The notes beneath the pieces were generated by a model. The model worked only from the letters and a program-made list of their open reading frames with translations, had not been told where the DNA came from and ran no database searches. Source: Fimbriosthenelais zetlandica (lineage: Eukaryota). Taken from it: a stretch of DNA of 64,000 nt. The position numbers were made by a program, and so were the translations under genes. How positions within the stretch are numbered: position 1 is the stretch's first letter; every line of letters begins with the position of its first letter. The stretch lies in contig OZ365112.1 of NCBI GenBank assembly GCA_977030845.1, positions 22,506,001 to 22,570,000 on the forward strand. Direction: 5' to 3'. Positions 38,901 to 49,066 of the stretch are shown here, in pieces.

Positions 38901-40481
38901 CACAAGAATCTGGTACAGGCCATTCGCAAAGCACCGCAGCAAAGTGCTATTGGCTTCAAACAAACAGTAAGTGACAATTTATTGTTGTGCCTGAAGTGAC
39001 TTTTAAAATGTATTTATTCATGAATGTTTAACTTTTAGATCAATTCAACCCATCCTTCCGTTTGAACATACTAAACTAGTAATATGGACCAAGTAATGAG
39101 GTACTGTGAAGACAAATACTAATAACCTCACTTCATATTTTCCCAATCTCTTTGAACTTCAGGTACAGAAGCTTGCCATCACAGTAGAATTGTTGCTAGG
39201 AGACATTCCGGATCGTGCTGTCTTCCGTCAGCCATTCTTGAGGAAAACTCTAGCCCCCTACTTCCAGCTTACACAAGGTATTCTAGCCAGTACTCCTAAT
39301 GAAGTGTGTTGCTTTCCATTGTTAAGGACATCAGTAGCTTGTTTGTTTTTGCTTTTTTTGCTTATCATATATTTTTTATCAACTTCAGCTGTGAGGGACG
39401 GAATGCTGGCTAAATTCAACAAAGTTTTAGAGGAGTACACAGACAAGTTTGTAGCTGAGGGCACGTACACTCTCATCATCCGCCTGCGTCACAACGTCAT
39501 TAAGACCGGTGTGCGCATGATCAACCTCTCCTACTCCAGGATCTCGCTGACAGACGTGGCGCACAAACTTCTCATGGATAGCCCGGAAGATGCCGAGTAC
39601 ATTGTTGCCAAGGTGAGTTTCATTATTTTTTCTGCCAATTTTTGGTCAAGTCAGACCAAAAATCCCCTACCAATTACATGTTTATATCATATTTATCAAG
39701 GGATGCCCCACCGCGCATGTAATTATAATTAGAGGCTAAAAATAAATGAACTTCTTGATCCGATGTTATTATTTGTAAAGCCAAAGTTTAGATTATTCAA
39801 AATCTCTTTTCCATGATATAATTTAATTTCGCAATCATGTTGACTATAAATTTTATATTTTCAAATCCTCAGTCCATCCGGGATGGTGTAATAGAAGCAA
39901 CGATAGACCATGAGAACGGTTACGTGCAGAGCAAAGAGAATATTGATATATACAGCACCAGGGAACCCATGGCTGCCTTCCATCAACGTATCAGCTTCTG
40001 TCATGACATTCACAACAATTCCATCAAGGTAATCATTGTCTCCTTTTAATTCCCCTAATATAATAATCCTGTGTGATTCACATGTTCATTTTGCAAGTAG
40101 CCTCGTTTAGTCGTCCTTGTGTTTAACTCGTCTTGTTTTCATTTTACAGGCCATGAGATTCCCACCCAAGTCTTACAACAAGGACCTGGAGTCTGCAGAG
40201 GTAAACCATGATTCTCCAATAAACTTACCAAGAATTTTAACTTCAGATATAGGACCTTTTATTATACGTTGCATAGACTTTGCTAAATTTTCCTACAGAT
40301 AAGATTACCAAAGTAATACGACATGTCCAGAATTGCAGTAAACTGATTTTATTTAGGTACTTTTCCAAGCTCATGAAGTAAAAATATTTTCTTTTCTAAT
40401 TAGGAGCGTCGTGAGCGCGAGCAACAGGAGCTTGAGAGTGCTAAGGAAATTGCTGACGAAGATTTCGATGGATTCCCTTGA
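35924..40481 (+). CDS. PSMD3: 26S proteasome non-ATPase regulatory subunit 3 (Rpn3/S3), 11 exons, about 518 aa (507 aa if the ATG at 35957 is used)
   Basis: Exons 35924-36095, 37669-37859, 37984-38121, 38294-38430, 38557-38747, 38863-38966, 39163-39277, 39389-39612, 39873-40028, 40150-40200, 40404-40481; all GT-AG with consistent phases. Family motifs: [85 protein letters not shown]. Confidence 0.98.
36964..37368. repeat. Three copies of a 50-60 bp unit in PSMD3 intron 1 (one inverted 36964-37011, two direct 37160-37223 and 37311-37368)
   Basis: Unit core (GGGTAGCTGGTGG)nG(G/A)TTCGAG(G/A)C...TAGCTTT(C/T)AC; copy 1 is the reverse complement of copy 2 over about 27 nt with few mismatches. Confidence 0.75.
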
Positions 40482-41190
40482 AGGGAGTCGAAAATAGCAG
40501 CAATTCTTGTTCATAGGAATTTTTCTAGGAGAAAATGGAAGAAGCCCCTTACTATCTCACCTCCTATGTATTATTCAATTACTCTGAACATATGGTCATA
40601 ACTAACTGCGGAGACTCATTCTATATATTATATCGGTCTCGTTTGAAGATGGAGAAATCCAAGTGGAAGTCAGCACAGATGACATTGAGAGTGAGAGGCA
40701 AGAAAAGCATGCATGCAAGTGTTGTGAGAGCCAGGGTGATGTCTGCCAAACTTTTATTTGGATTTCTACATTCAAGAACTTTCTTTATGTTTCTGATTGA
40801 TTATATTATAATGTAAAATTGAAATAGTTCTGATGGGAAATTGTCCTCTACCCGACCTGGGGTGATATCTTTGATTGTATTTAAAATTTGTAGAACAGAA
40901 TATTGGCGCTTTGGTGAGAAAAAGCTGCTGTTTCCTGTTCCTTCATCACGTCGGTAGAGACAGTTTTGGAGTGGCCTTTTCCAAATAACAGGATCTTGTA
41001 CGTGTTAATGGAATAGGAAAAGAAAGATACCAGGCTCTACTAGGGAATTTCTATGTTCCCCAGTTTAGCGCATGGGTAGGCCATCTTCCCATTGTAACAT
41101 TATACCCGATACATAGCTGTTATTTACAACAAAAAAAGGAATATCCTGTTTTGCAAGATTGTAAAAAGTGATTTCATGTGATTTTGCGGT

Positions 41191-41196
41191 AATAAA
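41191..41196 (+). terminator. Candidate polyadenylation signal (AATAAA) for PSMD3
   Basis: AATAAA about 710 nt downstream of the PSMD3 stop; usage unverified. Confidence 0.35.
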
Positions 41197-41387
41197 TTCA
41201 AGATCATATGAATTTTCTGGGATGTAAATTAGTATTTACTATGTTTAGATGTAGGCCATTTGTAATGTTTTCTAATGCCTTTATGATGCTGATGACTTTG
41301 GAATCCTAATATAACTTACGAAGAAAAACAAGTAGAAAGAAATGGTAGGAATGAGAACCAAGTCATTCAAATAAGCGGTATGTAAAA

Positions 41388-41393
41388 TTTATT
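41388..41393 (-). terminator. Polyadenylation signal (AATAAA) for the serine protease
   Basis: tttatt on the plus strand, about 84 nt beyond the TAA stop. Confidence 0.55.
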
Positions 41394-41476
41394 GAACCAT
41401 CATTATGGTTGGTCTTTCCATGATTAGAGCACTTTGTCGGTTTTGAGGGATACACAGCCAGGGAAGTCTGTCCATA

Positions 41477-42971
41477 TTAATTCCTGATGTTGGTATCGAT
41501 CCAGTCGCGGTATTCAGATACACGAGTGTAGGCTCCAGGGTATGTAGGATTGCAGCCTCCTGCAACCCAAGACGCAACTCCCACAACGTGGTACTGGCCA
41601 TTCCTCATGCAATGTAGTGGACCACCGCTATCACCCTATAAAATAAGAATATCCATGTTAGAAATTCACCAGAATACTACCATTAAATCATAAGGGTTTT
41701 TACTAGTGGGTACCTGACTCAGATATCGACAGATATCGCCCTCATTTCAAACTTTAATTACCACAATTTGTCCATAAACCACGCCATTTTATAAACGAGA
41801 AAAAATGCTGTCCTAAACATATACTTACACTACAGGCTGAGATAGCTTTGTTGACTGTATCGAAGATACAGATATGGCCAGAGGTTATTGAGCTGCCCCA
41901 ATAATAGCGACACGCGTTATTGGTTGGTACATCAACTTTGGCTTCATTCAGGATCGGAGCCACTGGTCCACCATCTGGTCAAGATAAGAATTACATTAAT
42001 GAGAACTAAAATACACACCTTATAACTGAATGTATTTAAGGAGCTGATTTGGTTACAGCAATCTATGGAAGTGATATGATTTAACGCGATTCTCAGATTA
42101 TGTACTTGTATAACTTTTAGAAACGTAAAGTAACCTCTCTCTAGGCCCCAGCCTGAGATGTAGCACGTGTTGCCAGCGTAATCCTCGTTGTCGTCTGGTG
42201 CGAGGACGGCCAGCTTGACGTACTTGCCATCCAGAGTGAAGGGTTGATTCACATTTACCAGGGCTATATCATTAGGGTAGTTACCGCTCGGTATGTAATT
42301 AGGGTGCTGACCAAAAAAATAGGTTGGGCTTTATGAAGATTTTGGTAATATATAATGCTCAATGTTCAATTCTCTTTGAGTAATAATAGATATATTTGTC
42401 CATGATTTGTTCCTACCTACCACGATATAGGAGCGGACGGTTTGTCTTTGTGGTGTAACTATACTACCCGCCTGATCATGCATTCCCATTTTGACAGAGT
42501 AGTCTCGCCTGTAGTTAATTTCATAATTTATTGAAGGTAGCCCAAATTTGGCTAAAAGTAGGAATGGGTTATTTTGGGGAAAGAAATACTTTAAGTGATA
42601 AAGATAGGGTGAATTCTGAGAGTTGTTAGATCTGTAAAGTGCAGACATACTTACGCTGAACCGCTTACACAATGTGCTGCGGTGAGGATCCAGGTTGTTG
42701 TAAGCAGTGATCCTCCACAAGTGTGGCTGCCATATTTAAGAAGACTGGCCTGCACTGGCCACTTACCCACTGTAACTCTATCGCCACCCACAATGTAATT
42801 ATCATCAAGCCGGGCAGAAACTAGAAACCATTTAAATGCAATTCATAGTTAAAATTTGAGAGGATTCTTTTTTGGGGTATCAATTCAAACTTTACCTTTG
42901 CCAAAGGCTTTGAGAAAATATTGTAACAGACCTGCCGCAGCAGAGATGAGTAGAATTGCCAAACTCAACAT
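41477..42971 (-). CDS. Secreted S1A serine protease (chymotrypsin/elastase-like), 6 exons, 256 aa
   Basis: Exons 42971-42932, 42820-42655, 42508-42421, 42306-42135, 41974-41829, 41635-41477. Signal peptide [17 protein letters not shown] mature N-terminus, catalytic triad motifs LTAAHC, NDIAL and GDSGGP, plus CYISGWG and [11 protein letters not shown]. Confidence 0.96.
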
Positions 42972-43300
42972 GATGAAAAGCCGGTTGATTAGAAATGTTC
43001 GGATATTGATATTATCATTCATTTTATATCCTACAAAGCCTTTCACACTCGGTATTTTCCCACCTGATAATTCTGTAAGTCGTGAAACAAGATTAGGTAG
43101 ATGATAATGTAGACTGTAAAGTTAGGGCCGGGTGTATTATTTCAGCATACCTACAGGATGTAGGACCTACAGTCATATATGCTTGTAAATTGTTCATTCT
43201 ATAACTCGCATGTGAAACAACAGCTGCGTTAGGCCTATTTAGCAGAAAACATTCCAACCCAGCCCTGATAGTGATAAGGACAATGACATTGGCCTACTAT

Positions 43301-43743
43301 TATGGCAGGTGGTCGATAAAGACCTTCATAATGTAAGAACGTAGTTTTATAAGTGATACTGAATATTTTCATTTTAGTCCATTTAGTAACTCATTCGTTA
43401 ACTTATAAAAAATGTGGAAAATCCCCGATGGAGCATATATGTACAAGTAGTGTGGCGGGAACGTGTGATGCTAGAGACCATCGGTGGGAAAACGGTGAAC
43501 TAACCGGAAGTTACATTACTGATATGGCAGGTGGTCGACAACTCAGAAGACCTTCATAATGTGATAACTTAGTTGAACCAGTGATATTGTACATTTAGTC
43601 TATTTATAACTCTTTCGTTAACTTGTGATCATAAATGTGTAAAATCCACGATGGAGCATGTGCACTTAGTGTGGCGGAAACGTCTATGATGCTAGAGACC
43701 CTCGGTGGAAAAATGATGAACTAACCGGAAGTCACATGACTGA
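43301..43743. repeat. Diverged tandem duplication (2 x about 222 bp) in the divergent protease/SCLY promoter, each copy ending in an ETS motif ACCGGAAGT
   Basis: Copies 43301-43522 and 43523-43743 both begin TATGGCAGGTGGTCGA and share GACCTTCATAATGT, TTCGTTAACTT, GATGGAGCAT, AGTGTGGCGG, GATGCTAGAGACC and GAACTAACCGGAAGT. ETS sites at 43503-43511 and 43724-43732; GTCACATGAC at 43731-43740. Confidence 0.9.
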
Positions 43744-43786
43744 AACAGTCGGCCTTGACCTTCAGTACGACCGATAACCGAGAAGC

Positions 43787-46700
43787 ATGAATGAAAAGTG
43801 GTAAGTACTTTAGGCTTAATCTATTCATCAGTACTATCTTGTCATTCTGTGAAAATGTCGCATGACAGTATAATGAGTAATTCTGTGCCAGGTGCCTATC
43901 ATTTTGACATCGTTTGCCTGTCCTGTAGGTAAGAAATTGTGTTTAACAAGTGCCGCGTGGCCGGTCCATGGGCATGGCCATGCCGACTGCCGACGTGCCG
44001 TGGCCAGTCTCCAGGCTCCAGGACTGGTCTGGGATGGTTCGATGTTGAATGTATGAATGAAATGGTTCCCTTTCCCGGAATGTTTTCAGTGTCTATCTCG
44101 ATTATAATGCAACGACTCCTCTGGAGAAAGATGTCCTTGATGAAATTCAGAAAGCCTTGGCTACAGCATGGGGCAATCCTAGCAGTCGCTACACTGAAGG
44201 TGGGTATATATAGTATAGAGCTCTGCTTGCCCTATTTTAGGCTATTATACGCCAATAGGCCTAGAGTTACAAGGTCATAGACTTAGAGTAGACCTGTATG
44301 CATAGTCCATAGGTCAATGACTTACGAATGAGTAGACCCAAAGGAAGGCCCTATTAAATTTTAATTGAAATATTAATTTCACAGTTAAAAGTCTTAGTCG
44401 GACAGACAAACTCCACAGACTATCCATTGTGTATTTCTTTTGCAGGAATAAATGCCAAAGAAATTATAGAAAAAGCCAGACATAATGTGGCGTCAGTGGT
44501 GGGAGGAAAATCCAAAGGTAATCTATGAGATCTTCTTAATGAATTATTCCGTTTAAGTCAATGGAATGCGAGTCTGAATCAATATTAGGCTAAATGATGA
44601 CCATAGTGTAATTTAGTGGGATATAACTTAATAACCACCCTTTTTATTCTAGATGTGATCTTCACTTCTGGCGGAACTGAGGTAAGAAAAATTATAATAG
44701 CCTATTGACCAGTATAACTACTAAAAAGGTTTAACAAAAAAGGACTAATACTTCCCTTATAAGCCCGTTAATTTTGTGGTTGTGCAGTAATTATTTTTTA
44801 TGATTTGACTGGTTTCAGGCTAACAACATGATGCTGCGGACAGCTATCAAGTATTTTCATCAAGATTTGAAATCCAGACAAGAGCCATGTCCTGTCCCAC
44901 GCCCCCACATTATCACATCTAACCTGGAGCACGACTCAGTCCGCCTTGTCCTCCAGCACATGGAACAGGAAAACACAGCAGGTGGGACATTATTCTCATC
45001 CTTTCTCCACTGACATTCTCTTCCCACTGAAAATAGCCTTAGCATTTTTTCGATTGCATACAGCCATACATTGCTTCTTTTTAAAAACCCGTAATCTTCT
45101 CCTGAGTAATACTTTTATTGTTAATTAATTAAATCGTATTGGTTTTTCTTGTAGATGTCACCTATGTCCCTGCCTCTAAGAAGACTGGACATGTGATGGT
45201 AGATGACATCGTGGCTGCCGTCCGTCCTACTACAGTCCTAGTCACTGTTATGCTGGCTAATAATGAGACCGGTGTCATACAGGTAGGCTCTTTTTTCTAC
45301 CTTAGCTAAAATCGGCGCTTTCAGTCCAAGAGGCTTATTATTTGGAAATGAATGAAAAAATTGACGTAAAAGGGTCAAATTTACATGGAATATGTTCAAA
45401 GATATGTTTAAAAATTAAATGTTTTGGGCATCGACCCTAACTGAAGTTGAAGTGTTTGCTTTAGATCAATATTTGATTAACCTGGTCCCAGATAATTCCA
45501 AGAAGAAGAAAGGCCAGACATGTACACGTATCACAATATTTTGATGAGATTTTTATCTTTCCAGCCTGTATCTGAAATTTGTAAACGTGTCCGTGGATTG
45601 AAGCGTACCGCATCTCAAGAGACCAGGAAAATCTTGCTGCACACTGACGCTGCCCAGGCTGTGGGTAAAGTGAGGGTGGATATAGAGGAATTAGACGTGG
45701 ATTATCTCACGATAGTTGGACATAAGGTAAGGCAACAATCATGTGGGGTTAAACAAGAAAATAATCTGAAAATATAGGAGCATACCTCTAGTGTCTTATA
45801 TTTCTTTTTTAGGTAGAAATTAAACTGAGTTTTTATTTTACGTAATCTAGTTTTATGGTCCGCGGATTGGAGCTCTTTATGTGAAGGATGTAGAACGTGG
45901 TACTCCACTTTTCCCAATGTTCTTTGGTGGAGGTCAAGAAAGAAACTTCAGACCAGGGTGAGTATTTCTCTTGATAGCTTTAACCTGATCAAAAATCATG
46001 GACATTTTCGGTAGTGTAATATCATATAACATTTTCTTTTCTAGGACAGAAAACACAGGCATGATTGCTGGCCTTGGCAAGGTAACTAAATTTTTATTGT
46101 GATCCTCTGTCCAATCTTCAATTTTTTGAGTTGTACATGTTTCTAAATTTTTTTTAAACCACTTTATTCAACCGTCGCAGGTACAAGTAAGTTCCTGGTT
46201 TCACAAAAAAAACTAAATTTTTATTGTGATCCTCTGTCCAATCTTCAATTTTTTGAGTTGTACATGTTTCTAAATTTTTTTAAAACCACTTTATTCAACC
46301 GTCGCAGGTACAAGTAAGTTCCTGGTTTCTGTCAGGTCGAGAAACAGACACAAAAGAAAGAAAAAAGCAAAAAAAAGCAGGCCAACAGCAAATACAAACA
46401 GGAAAAAAAACAGACAACAATTACACAATTACACAAATGTTGTATTTTTTCCAGGCATCCGAGCTGATTGTGTCCAATCTAGAAACCTACCAAACCAGCA
46501 TGAAGGAGGTAAGGGACCAAAATCGCTTGCAAATGGGATCTTTGAATTCTAGATTCCTGTTGACTATTTGCATTTAACTTTTGTGAAATATATTTTTCTT
46601 AAATTAAACATTATTCTTTTTTAGACTCGTGATTATTTGGAAAAACGACTAGAAGAGGAGTTTGAGGGGAGAATCACTTTCAATGGGAGATATGCTGGAA

Positions 46701-47095
46701 GCCCACGTCTCCCCAATACGTGTAACGTGTCTATACTTGGTCCTCAGCTCCATGGTTCTCGTATACTTCAACATGCCACCCATCTCCAGGCCAGTGTTGG
46801 TGCCGCCTGCCATTCCACGGACGGCCCCAGGTTGGTTCACTTTCTTCACGCCTTCTTCATCAGTTGGCATAACTAAATAGTTCTTTAAGATTAAAATAAA
46901 TGCTAGATCTGAAATTTGATCTAATATGTTTTTCTTATATCTTTCAGGGCTTCACCAATATTGCTAGCCCTGGGAATCCCTAAAGAGGTAGCACTGAACG
47001 CACTTCGTCTCAGTGTTGGACGATATACAAGCAAAGACGATATTGACCTGGTCATTTCTGATCTAGTGAGGGTTGTGAAAGAATTAGAGGCTTGA
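43787..47095 (+). CDS. SCLY: Selenocysteine lyase (PLP-dependent, class V aminotransferase fold), 12 exons, 409 aa
   Basis: Exons 43787-43800, 44090-44199, 44446-44517, 44653-44681, 44819-44981, 45155-45282, 45565-45726, 45851-45957, 46045-46081, 46455-46508, 46625-46830, 46948-47095. Motifs [48 protein letters not shown] (PLP lysine), [14 protein letters not shown] and SVGAACHS (catalytic Cys). SVGAACHS and EHDS are SCLY-type rather than NFS1-type (SSGSACTS). Confidence 0.96.
46084..46328. repeat. Near-identical tandem duplication (2 x about 118 bp, period 127) in SCLY intron 9
   Basis: 46084-46201 and 46211-46328 differ only at one T/A position in a homopolymer junction; spacer CACAAAAAA. 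Confidence 0.92.
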
Positions 47096-47270
47096 CGGTC
47101 TTCCTTCTAGAATGTCCAAGTAAGAAACTATTTATTTAAAATAAATTAAAAAAATTTATTTACAGATATTTCACAGGCCTATACCCCTATTTTAGGCAAT
47201 CCATTTGTTGGGTTGTGAAACAATTAGACGCTTGATGGATCTCTTTTTAGAATGTTCAGGTAAGAAATAT
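47071..47270 (+). repeat. Diverged duplication (period 140 bp) of the SCLY terminal codons, stop and proximal 3' UTR
   Basis: GGTTGTGAAAGAATTAGAGGCTTGACGG...TAGAATGTCCAAGTAAGAAA (from 47071) versus GGTTGTGAAACAATTAGACGCTTGATGG...TAGAATGTTCAGGTAAGAAA (from 47211). Confidence 0.85.
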
Positions 47271-48099
47271 TTAATTTAAATTACATTTTTCATCATAATT
47301 TATTTTTAGAAGAGTCAAGGGCTGCATTTATGCCCTTGTGCTAAGCAGCCCATAATCACATGTAGGCGTATGATCAGATTTTGTTTGCATTCCCTGCATC
47401 ATGCACCAGCTAGAAATATCAACCCTCAATGGGTGATATGAATGCTCTGGTTTTTCCGCTATGTTGCCTTTCCTCTCAGCTTTGTAACAGAGTATGGTAA
47501 GTGGGGTCTTGTTCCTCAGTTTGATAACATGGCACCATACATCTCTCTTTTCCCTGAGGCCTCACTGCTCCACATGCAAAGCCGCCATTATTGTAGACTT
47601 ATGGACGTCAAATGCTCATGAGCAGGTTAGGAACTGATGCGAGCCGAGTAAAGTTTCTTTCTTCAGGAATTCTGTCATATATAGTATACATGTGACAAGA
47701 AAGGTTTTGCCAAATGTACCTTGATTTCCCTTTCATGTTGAATGGTAAATATTTCTCATGCTAATGCAATGCTTGTAAAGTCTGCACTCATTATCCACCA
47801 CCAGCCTCCTGTTCAGACAAAGCGTCTGTCCTTATTCAAGTTTTGCTGCTTCTCACTAGAGGGCAGTATTTGCATGCACCAGTCCTGGCATCGTGTTACA
47901 GCAAATTGAGGGTCGTGCGGAACTGGTGGCCCTACTTCCCAGGGCCGCTAAAAAACAAATGTTGTCATAACTAGTCAGGGGAAGAGTGTCCTCTTACTGG
48001 TACCAAAGGCCTCTAGCTATTTCTCTTCGAATGTCGGATAATGTAGTTCTTTTCTGGCATGTTCTAACTAGAGCAGAGACGGTACAGCGCATTGCAAAT

Positions 48100-49066
48100 A
48101 TGTAATGTTTGGGGAGATGGAGCTGTGCTGCTTCCTGATGTAATGATGGGGGAGATGGAGCTGTGCTGCTTCATGATGTAATGTTTGGGGAGATGGAGCT
48201 GTGTTGCTACTTGATGTAATGTTTGGGGAGATGGAGCTGTGCTGCTACTTGATGTAATGTTTGTGGAGATGGAGCTTTGCTGCTTCATGATGTAATGTTG
48301 GGGGAGATAGAGCTGTGCTGCTTCATGATGTAATGTTGGGGGGAGATGGAGCTGTGCTGCTTCATGATGTAATGTTGGGGGAGATAGAGCTGTGCTGCTA
48401 CTTGATGTAATGTTTGTGGAGATGGAGCTGTGCTGCTACTTGATGTAATGTTGGGGGAGATGGAGCTGTGCTGCTTCATGATGTAATGTTGGGGGGAGAT
48501 GGAGCTTTGCTGCTTCATGATGTAATGTTGGGGGGAGATGGAGCTTTGCTGCTTCATGATGTAATGTTGGGGGAGATGGAGCTGTGCTGCTTCATGATGT
48601 AATGTTGGGGGAGATGGAGCTGTGCTTCTTCATGATGTAATGTTGGGGGAGATAGAGCTGTGCTGCTACTTGATGTAATGTTGGGGGAGATGGAGCTGTG
48701 CTTCTTCATGATGTAATGTTTGTGGAGATGGAGCTGTGCTGCTTCATGATGTAATGATGGGGGAGATGGAGCTGTGCTGCTTCATGATGTAATGTTGAGG
48801 GAGATGGAGCTGTGCTGCTTCATGATGTAATGTTGGGCAGTGCTGCTTCATGATGTAATGTTGGGGGAGATGGAGCTGTGCTGCTACTTGATGTAATGTT
48901 GGGGGAGATGGAGCTGTGCTGCTTCATGATGTAATGTTGGGGGAGATGGAGCTGTGCTGCTACTTGATGTAATGTTTGGGGAGATGGAGCTGTGCTGCTT
49001 CATGATGTAATGTTGAGGGAGATGGAGCTGTGCTGCTTCATGATGTAATGTTGGGCAGTGCTGCTG
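48100..49066. repeat. Minisatellite, about 38-bp unit, about 25 copies
   Basis: Consensus ATGATGTAATGTTGGGGGAGATGGAGCTGTGCTGCTTC with variants (TACTTG, TTTGTG, variable G-run); head-to-tail with no unique spacers. Confidence 0.97.

Noticed and set aside
43787-47095. Cysteine desulfurase NFS1 as the identity of the PLP enzyme; SECIS element or in-frame UGA
   Set aside because: Active-site SVGAACHS and EHDS match SCLY and there is no mitochondrial presequence. The only TGA is the terminal stop, and I saw no convincing SECIS in the 3' region (only a short GGGCTGC/GCAGCCC hairpin near 47320-47350).
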